Assembly (NCBI GenBank): GCA_027923505.1
Contig: BROI01000001.1
Location: forward strand, 496,001 to 560,000
Length of the DNA stretch: 64,000 nucleotides
Source of the DNA: Mayamaea pseudoterrestris
Taxonomy: Eukaryota
Reading direction: 5' to 3'
Part shown: positions 56,722-64,000 of the stretch, piece by piece
How the letters are laid out: each line of letters opens with the position of its first letter
Position numbering within the stretch: the first letter of the stretch is position 1
Program-made: the position numbers and the translations under genes
Notes under the pieces: generated by a model
What the model saw: the letters and a program-made list of their open reading frames with translations, nothing else
Databases searched by the model: none
What the model was told of the DNA's origin: nothing

Positions 56722-58902
56722 ATGAGGGTTTGCCCTGCAGATAAGGCTCTTCAGAAGGGTGGCAAAGTTGGCTTCACGGGAAAGTGTTATGCATATCTGC
56801 CAAAGCTAGGAAGCAATGAATTGCAAGTCTTTTCGTTGACTGGACACCGATGGAAGTTAACCGAGCAAGGCAAGGCTAGTCGCACCATTTACATTCCAAA
56901 TACTGACTTGTACGATGTTGAACACCATGGTCGCAACTATGCCATATCCATCAAATACAAAGGCAAGCCAGGATTTTACTTTGGTGTGTTCTTGAGTGCC
57001 AACTTCCAGGATGCAGGAATGTCAACCATCACGTTCCTCGAGTGCAAGTGTAATGCCATTGAACATGGAGGGCGAGTCATTTACCCATTTTCCAACCTAC
57101 CAGCCAATGCAACATTTGATCAGGTTACGGAGTACTTTACCTTGAAAACTGTTTTGTATTCCAGTCTTGACAATAATCATTCCAAGTTCCTCAACATGCT
57201 TACTGGTAAGCCTTGCAATCCACTCGTGATTGGAAACGTCATAGCACATGAGGATGGATGTCTTCAAATGGATCCCAAAGGACCGGACAAGGTTTTTACT
57301 AGATCTATCCGAAGGCAAGAGTGTGAACCAGCAAATATTGATTTTGCCAAGCAACATGTGCCAACAACTATTACTGCAACTGAATCGACAACAGCCGAAT
57401 CGCTGATGATTGAGACGACAACGACCGATTCGTCGATGGCCAAATTGATGACGGCCGAATCGTCGAAGAATGATTTACCGACAATTAATACACCCATGGC
57501 ATCAACCGAGTTGTTGACAGGGGAATCAACCACAATTGAACTGCCACCGACCGATTCGCCAGTGGCATCCGCCAAACGTCCTCGTTCCCCCACGCCAACG
57601 ACTGGCGAATCACCAAAAAAGCAACCCAAGCTACTAAATCAACAGCAGCAGCAGAATACGAACCGCAAGAACACCAAGCAATTTCGGGAGGGCAAGAAAA
57701 CTGCCGTTTCCATCCGGGTTGGTAGGAAGCGCCGACTTCTTGGAAGCAAGTTAAAAAGTGGCAAGCGAACAACAGAAGTTGAGCTACATGCTGTCCCGCT
57801 ACTTGGCAAGAAAAACAGAGGCAAGTTTGGTCTGGTTGATGCTACAGGTTTGAAGAAACTTGCTGACAAAAGCGGGAGGCGAAAGGTACAATGCCATAAC
57901 AAGATGGTTGTGGAATTGGCGGAGCAAGTCATTGAGTTGAAGGTCATTGATACAGCTAACTCTCCAGGTGGTGTTCAAATAATCCTTGAACCTTGCGAAG
58001 CAGCAAATGTGCCTTACGATGTGGACGACAGCAATGACGTTAGTGTGAATATATGCGACTGTACTGGAGTCAAGGTAGTTGAGTGGGGCCAACTGAGTGC
58101 AGCAATCTCACAAATTGATCCAATGTTGTTCAATCTCTTTCGCTTTACTTTTGGAAACATCATGTTTGGTGGGCGAAAGGCATCGGCGATAGTTGGCCAA
58201 AACGGTTATTTCAGCAGGCGTTTGTCCGGCATAGCAGGCCCAACTCCTCTGCAATATTCTGCAAAAGACCACCAATATCATCGGCAACATTGGAAAGATT
58301 TCTTTGTTCCCGCATGCAACGTCGCAACTAATAGTCTGGAAAGTATGACCATTGCTGCCTCATCTGCTATGGATCCGAAGGTGACTGCTTTTCTACAAGA
58401 ACTTGCTATAGGAAGCCGCACGCAACGAAAAGCACTAGGTATCAATGCTATCAAGATACTTACTACTGGCATTTTGAAAAAGTGGATTTCTTTTGCAAAT
58501 ACAAGCCATATTGACAAGAACGATAAGTTGCTCGAAGTGCTGAAGGAGAAAGCCGAGCACTTGTTGAGCGAGATGGAAAAAGATACATCGAACCACCTAG
58601 TGTACAAGTACCTACTACAAATGGATGCCATGTTCTTCAACGGGATTTCAATGCCAACGCATTGTGCCTATGCATTTGCTGGAGCTTTTCCTAAAAGCTG
58701 GAAACTTTATCAGTACTTTTTATATGATGGCCTTGGCGTTGCCGTTCGCTTCACAAAAGGTTGGACACAGCAATTCTATGGAGCGGAGATTGCGCATAAT
58801 ACTGCCGTAACTGTGGCTGTTGACGGCAATGATATGGTCCATTTCCATACCAACAAGGCTGTTGTTGTTGCTTGGGGAGCAGGCGCAAGTTACCGAGAAT
58901 GA
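56722..58902 (+). CDS. 726-aa protein with C-terminal TET/JBP-like Fe(II) dioxygenase domain
   Basis: FANTSHIDKND (H596-x-D598), YFLYDGLGVAVRF and QFYGAEIAHNT (distal H692) fit the TET/JBP double-stranded beta-helix pattern. The protein also has a T/S-rich linker, basic NLS-like stretches (PKKQPK, GRKRRLL) and an unrecognised N-terminal domain. Confidence 0.6.
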   Translation: MRVCPADKALQKGGKVGFTGKCYAYLPKLGSNELQVFSLTGHRWKLTEQGKASRTIYIPNTDLYDVEHHGRNYAISIKYKGKPGFYFGVFLSANFQDAGMSTITFLECKCNAIEHGGRVIYPFSNLPANATFDQVTEYFTLKTVLYSSLDNNHSKFLNMLTGKPCNPLVIGNVIAHEDGCLQMDPKGPDKVFTRSIRRQECEPANIDFAKQHVPTTITATESTTAESLMIETTTTDSSMAKLMTAESSKNDLPTINTPMASTELLTGESTTIELPPTDSPVASAKRPRSPTPTTGESPKKQPKLLNQQQQQNTNRKNTKQFREGKKTAVSIRVGRKRRLLGSKLKSGKRTTEVELHAVPLLGKKNRGKFGLVDATGLKKLADKSGRRKVQCHNKMVVELAEQVIELKVIDTANSPGGVQIILEPCEAANVPYDVDDSNDVSVNICDCTGVKVVEWGQLSAAISQIDPMLFNLFRFTFGNIMFGGRKASAIVGQNGYFSRRLSGIAGPTPLQYSAKDHQYHRQHWKDFFVPACNVATNSLESMTIAASSAMDPKVTAFLQELAIGSRTQRKALGINAIKILTTGILKKWISFANTSHIDKNDKLLEVLKEKAEHLLSEMEKDTSNHLVYKYLLQMDAMFFNGISMPTHCAYAFAGAFPKSWKLYQYFLYDGLGVAVRFTKGWTQQFYGAEIAHNTAVTVAVDGNDMVHFHTNKAVVVAWGAGASYRE

Positions 58903-59009
58903 AACGAGTCAGAGGAGACATAAAAGTACTAGCTGTTTATTAGCTGCAATTATAATATTTTGCTGTAATGTAGTTGCTAGCTCATGTGGGTTGAGAGAAG
59001 CCAACACCA

Positions 59010-59990
59010 GGAGCCGGATGCGATGGCTCCCAGAAACCCTTCCGGCATATGTAGTTAAGGCTGCAACAGGTGTTGCTTGCTGGTTTTGAGCCATCCTGGT
59101 CGCAAGCGATTCGATTTCCCACTAGCCAAAGGGACAGAGCCCCTCTCCTTGCTGCAGTAAATTCGAGTCGAAGCCCGCGCCAACCATATAAACCACTATA
59201 ACTAGCAAGAACCCTTCTCGCATATATAGTAAAGGCTGCAATAAGTGTTGGTTGCTGGTTTTGAGCCATCCTGGTCGCAGGCGACTCGATTTTCCCATTG
59301 CCAAAAGCACAGTCACCCACTCAACCTGCGGCAAATTCGAGTCGAAGCCCGCGCCAACCATATAAACCACTTTAACTACCAAGAACCCTTCCCGCATATA
59401 TATGCTAAACGCACAGTCTCTAACCGCAACCAGCCCGGCCAAAGGCCTGCGCCAACCATATAAACCACATTAGCACCAGGAACCCTTCCCGCATATATAT
59501 TAAAGGTTGGATCATGTGTTGGTTGCTGGTTTAGAGCCCTCCTAGTCGCAGGCGACTCGTTTGCAGCCAGTTGCCAAGGCTATCGTACATCCGTTTTCAA
59601 AGCAAGCGCCAGCCAGCTGGATTACTTTGAACAACAGGATTCCATGCCGCTTACATATATAATACTGTAACATGTGTTGATTGCTTTGTTTGAGCGATTC
59701 TGGTTGCAAGCGACTCGTTTGGAGCTGCGCAATGGAGCCGATTCGGCTCCGAGTCGTATCGTAATGACGCATGGGTGCGCACTCAGCAGCCACACAATGC
59801 GTGCGGTCGCACGCGGCAGCCAAATGGACCACTCGAAATGCCAGGAATCCATGCCGCTTACATATAAGAGGACGAAACGGTGTAAATTGTTATACTTGAG
59901 CCATCCTGGTGCGAGCGAGTCGTTTTGTAGCCGGCGCCAATGGAGCAGTAATCCACAGCAAGCGCCAAATATGTATGGACTGCCGAACTG
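59010..59990. repeat. degenerate tandem array of about six units (97-207 bp period)
   Basis: Core CA(A/G)GAACCCTTCCCGCATATATA...GTGTTGGTTGCTGGTTTTGAGCCATCCTGGTCGCA(A/G)GCGACTCG starts at about 59031, 59206, 59380 (truncated), 59477, 59635 and 59842. The first two periods are 175 and 174 bp. Confidence 0.9.
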
Positions 59991-60290
59991 CCACGAAATG
60001 TCGGCTCCCGTTCCAAAGCTTTCTGTTCATGCTGTATGCATAGAGCCTTTAGTTGCTACGAAACAGGAGGAAAGGGCTTGGAGTAAGAAGCAAGTATTGA
60101 TGAGGCTGCGTCTCGAAGAAAATTTGTGCGTCGGCGACCGCGAGTGCTGTGAAGAATCTGTACCATTGTGACATCCAAGACTGCGGTAGCTACTACTCCT
60201 TTGAACCGTCGAGGAAGGATGCCCATGCGGGGCATCTCCTGTATGCGCCTGGGTGAAGCAATACCAAGCCAAGCAGCAGTAAACAAACTT

Positions 60291-60310
60291 ATATATATAT
60301 ATATATATAT
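60291..60310. repeat. (AT)10 microsatellite
   Basis: Perfect AT run at the right edge of the island. Confidence 0.95.
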
Positions 60311-60385
60311 CAGTAAGAAAGAGACAAGAGTGGCAACTATAATGCAGCACATTAACGACCATCAACCATCATCATGCTTAGACCG

Positions 60386-61011
60386 CTACGCCTTGCGCAC
60401 ACACGTCTTCATTTCCTTCAATTGCATTTGCAGCTGCTCGAATATTTCCGTTCGTTTGGCTTCCCATGCTTGTTTTGCTTCTAAATTTGGAAGAGTGCAG
60501 TGGGCGAGCAGCTCGAGAAAGTCAACATAGGCTTGCACCGACGCCTGCATTGCCTGCAATGCATTTTTGTATTCGCATGCATAGTCGACAGTTCCAGCCT
60601 CCTTTGTGTCTTTGATGCATAGGCGAGCATTGTCCACTTGTGCCTGATAATGATAGCATGAGAATAACAGTTAGTGCAAAGTGAGGTGCGAAAATTCGAA
60701 TGAGAAAAACGTCTCAATGACGGACAACGTAGCTGCGGGCAACGCACCTTAAAATACGACAAGGCGCGATTCAGAGACTCGTCCGAAACTGGAGCCATAG
60801 TTCTCGAAGTTTTCGTTCGCCTTGTTTGATCCGCAAGTAGCATCTTTTTGAGCGCCTCCATGGTTTCGAGCGAGCGATCGATCGAAGCAACAATGGATGG
60901 AGCGGAAGACGTGGCGGCCGTGCTGGTTGCAACAGACGATAGGGAGCGCGAAGCGAGTCGCGCCGCTAGCAGCACCCGAGTCGACTGTCGTTGCATTAGA
61001 CGAGGTAGCAT
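60386..61011 (-). CDS. small probable mitochondrial helical protein (2 exons)
   Basis: R/S/A-rich presequence MLPRLMQRQSTRVLLAARLASRSLSS; a phase-0 intron at 60644-60747 (GTGCGT...ATCAG) joins ...LSYFK to AQVDNARLCIKD.... Confidence 0.6.
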
Positions 61012-61307
61012 GGTGATTGCAGCTTGTAAGTGGACGAATGGAAACTTTTCTTGACGCCATCCATCAGCCGCCATGACGGCGCGATTCCGCTGGACTTCTT
61101 GCTCGATCGTCGAGCCACGGCGCGAGAGAGTCACTGCGGTACTCCGATGAGTCATTTTTGGCCAATGAAAACGTCAAGATTTTGACTTTGTGATGTTGTA
61201 TTACTAAATTAGTCGCATGTCTCTCTCAACGACAAGCATGCAGCGCCGCTCATTCGGTCATGTGCCAATCCATCACGCCATTTTTTCGACGCCAGCAAAA
61301 CCCGACC

Positions 61308-61850
61308 ATGACCATGAGAACGACGGCCCTCTATAGACTTTTTCTGCTTGCATGCATTTTGCTCTCATCATGCACACTAATCAATGCTCAATCGAGCGAA
61401 CAAGATGACGCTAATGAAAACGAACCAGCAGAATCTGCACCACCAGACTGTCAAGCCATTTGCGACGATAGACTGACACCCTTGCAAACGTCCGTCGATC
61501 AACTTCGCGACGAACTCGACTTTGTCGTCAAGGACCGCAACGAGCTCAAGAATGCACACGAGTCCGCTTTGCAGCAGCGAGCCGATTTGCAGTCGCAAGT
61601 GTCGCAGGCCAACGACAAGAGTGATGGACTAGTGCTGCGCGTCCAAGAGTTGGAGCGTGATTTATCGTCTAGTCGGAGTCACTTGGAAGCTGCCAAGAAT
61701 CAATTGGCAGTCGTCATGGTGGAACTTGATATTGAGCGAAGCAAAGTTGGATTCTTTGCGAGACTGCAGGATGAACTCAAGGTTTGGTGCGAAAAAGTGA
61801 CCAAGTTTGTAAACAAGGGTTTTAAAAAGAGAAAGGACGGTGAACTGTGA
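61308..61850 (+). CDS. secretory-pathway coiled-coil protein with KDEL-like tail
   Basis: Signal peptide (LFLLACILLSSCTLINA), CQAIC, heptad repeats and C-terminus KKRKDGEL. Confidence 0.65.
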   Translation: MTMRTTALYRLFLLACILLSSCTLINAQSSEQDDANENEPAESAPPDCQAICDDRLTPLQTSVDQLRDELDFVVKDRNELKNAHESALQQRADLQSQVSQANDKSDGLVLRVQELERDLSSSRSHLEAAKNQLAVVMVELDIERSKVGFFARLQDELKVWCEKVTKFVNKGFKKRKDGEL

Positions 61851-63406
61851 ATAAATGAGTTGTAAAGTATAGTCGCTATTGATGTATACTTTGGTCTTTA
61901 AAGTCGTTGGAGGTTATAGCTACTGTATATTCCTTGTCGAGGCATCTGCCGGTAGACTCCCATCATCGCCGTGAGTTGCTGCGTCTGTTTTGTTCAACCT
62001 ACCGGTACGTGGTACATGTACATCGTACTGTTAAGTCATCCAGATCAACCTTGTTGTCAATGCGCTGTTAAGACCTCGGCTTTACCTCATGCGAGAGGTC
62101 AATGCGCATCTTTCTCCGTCGGAGGTTAATCGTTTCGGGATCCCGTCACGATACGTTACGAGTTGCAGTTGTTCCGGCCTGCAACCAAAAGTGGAACCAC
62201 AACTTAATGAGTTCAAGCTATCACACGATTCACATTACGCTTATCTGTAACGTTCATAGTGGCGCGAGGCTCATCGAAAGTTGAAAGAGTTTGTGGTCGA
62301 AGGTCAAACCTAAAACGAGGAGCACATCTACAGATTGGTAGATTAAAGATAAGCACTCTGTGTACTGAAGCCGCAGAGAAGGAGCCGAAACCTCTCGTTT
62401 TGAAATCTGTGTGCAGTGTGCAGTATCTACCGTAGCGGAGCATTGGTAACCGCGACTCTAGGAGGAACAATTACGGATCGTCTTCGTCTATCGCTTGCGT
62501 TACGCACAATACCAATAGTCATCTCTGTTTAAATACCGGTGGCGGCTACTTTAAAGGGTTTCTGCAATAAGCTGCATGCAGCATCGCGACATTTACAGCC
62601 AGGCACTTGCTCCAAAGCTGCAGAGTAGTGCTTATGTATCACATAGCAATAGTGTATCGGTATCTTACTTTGCTGATCATTTTTATGGCATGATTGTATT
62701 CTACAGTGACTTTCGAATAGTCCAACTGCCACGAATGCTCTCGTTGTGTAGCTCAGTGCTTGAACCTGTCAATAACAAAAAAATGAGCAAATCGCACTGC
62801 GCCAGACATGGCGTCACTATGATCGCAGCCGTTCTGAGGTGATGTTCGCTAGTCGTCCGGATACGGATGAACACGATTTCGTGACATAAGGCAATGCTTT
62901 TGAGCTTCTTTCGGCCCTTTCGTTGCCGCCACGTCCGCACCTGTACCCTTCTTTGTCGCGTCATACATCGACGTGCAGCTGTTCCTTGGCCGAAGAACAG
63001 TCAAAATGAGCATGTTGACGAATCTCGGCAACGAATGCTAACGAAGGCTAACGGTAGCTAATGCATCCGTAGATATCAAAAGAGACCCGACTCTATTACG
63101 TTCCGTTCTTGCTTTTGCTCTAGACATTGCAACGAGGCTGTTCCATATGTATCAATGGTATTCCGAGCGGAACGTGACATGATAGAATCCTCTGACATCG
63201 TGACATGCACCAGATAATTTCACGGACGACGGCAATCAACATGCCATATCACACAAGCGGAGCAATTTGTCAGACACACTTTCATAATCTTTGTTACAAC
63301 CATGAAACAACCTTTACATAGAATCCACCGGACCGGAAACATTGCACGGCAACCTACATCGATCTTCCCGCTTCATGAAATCTTTTGTCCATGCCCGTTC
63401 GTTGCC

Positions 63407-63559
63407 ATGCAAGCTCAGTCACCGACACGCGACGTGGTCGAAGCTCGTATCCAGCAAGCCACTTACGATAGCGCCAAGCGAGAAAGAATCAAGAGTATTC
63501 TTTGCGCTGCATTTGACCTTATCGACTCCTTTGATGCATTTGACGAAGACACGACATGA
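63407..63559 (+). CDS. possible 50-aa microprotein
   Basis: GCCATG context; KRERIKSILCAAFDLIDSFD forms an amphipathic helix with an acidic tail, a pattern recalled from short diatom proteins. Confidence 0.3.
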   Translation: MQAQSPTRDVVEARIQQATYDSAKRERIKSILCAAFDLIDSFDAFDEDTT

Positions 63560-64000
63560 ACCAACTCCAAGCTCCGCGTCACACCCTGATCCGATATCAA
63601 CACCGCTGCACCTTTCCTTTCATCTACTCTACATGCTTGCTAATCAGCTACGTACAGGTAGGCTGCTTGGATCCGTTTCATCTTACATTCCCAAGTGGTT
63701 TATACATACAAGATAACTGACATTTATGTTCAGCACGTACGTGATTGAAGCTAGCTAAAGAAGCTACAAAAGATGTTAAGACGTCTGCAGGCAATGCTCA
63801 CCGACGTTACTTGTAGTACCTGAGCATCCCTGGCTATACATATTGAACCGTTCTAATTCCAGTTGGAGGCCATGCCATGTAGGAGAGTTAAAGTGGTGCG
63901 GTCAATTTCTATCTTCTACTTGACCAGTACCGTTACGATGTTAGTGCGACAGTGCCTGACGTCGCGCGACGTCGGAAACGGATTGCCTTCACCATGAGAT

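Noticed and set aside
59160..59350. tRNA/Pol III B-box-like GGGCTTCGACTCG on the minus strand
   Set aside because: Imperfect match, with no A-box or cloverleaf found.
59122..59442. Short ORFs within the repeat array (e.g. YMREGFL...MVGAGFDSNL)
   Set aside because: These are translations of the DNA repeat. Unit lengths do not keep frame and stops intervene.
59010..59990. CRISPR array
   Set aside because: The cores are ~80 bp and degenerate, the intervening segments are partly homologous to each other and irregular in length, there are no cas genes, and the context is eukaryotic.
55600..60310. Terminal inverted repeats or target-site duplication around the island
   Set aside because: By eye, only weak similarities were found (e.g. 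GTGACAT...CTGC...CTACTC at ~56031 and ~60168), too weak to define element ends.
61850..63300. Short ORFs in the 1.4-kb gap near the right end
   Set aside because: All are under 90 aa, with no motifs or consistent splice structure.

Overview
Gene-dense eukaryotic nuclear DNA with short GT-AG introns, signal-peptide-led plastid-type presequences and Q/A homopolymers, most consistent with a pennate diatom. About 27 protein genes are present: NAF1, PIG-V, a HOOK-like coiled-coil protein, Nup98-96, EF1-beta, GT64, a PDZ plus PP2A-A-like HEAT protein, Ran, FAM210, PDX1, NSDHL/ERG26, DapL, cullin, two IQ-motif proteins, a CDPK-like kinase and several hypotheticals. The most unusual part is a ~4.7 kb island (about 55.6-60.3 kb). 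It holds an intronless 726-aa gene whose C-terminus resembles a TET/JBP-type Fe(II) dioxygenase (HxD...H) but has no obvious 2-oxoglutarate-binding Arg. Directly downstream lie a degenerate six-unit tandem array (conserved TATA-containing core, variable hairpin-bearing segments) and an (AT)10 tract. This is a candidate mobile or epigenetic DNA-modification cassette. Other points of interest are a secreted 2OG-dioxygenase/DOMON/GPI fusion, a structured Ran intron, a possible decayed hAT transposase fragment and recurrent intergenic TACCGGTA/TACATGTA palindromes. All homology calls come from motif recognition by eye; no database searches were run.
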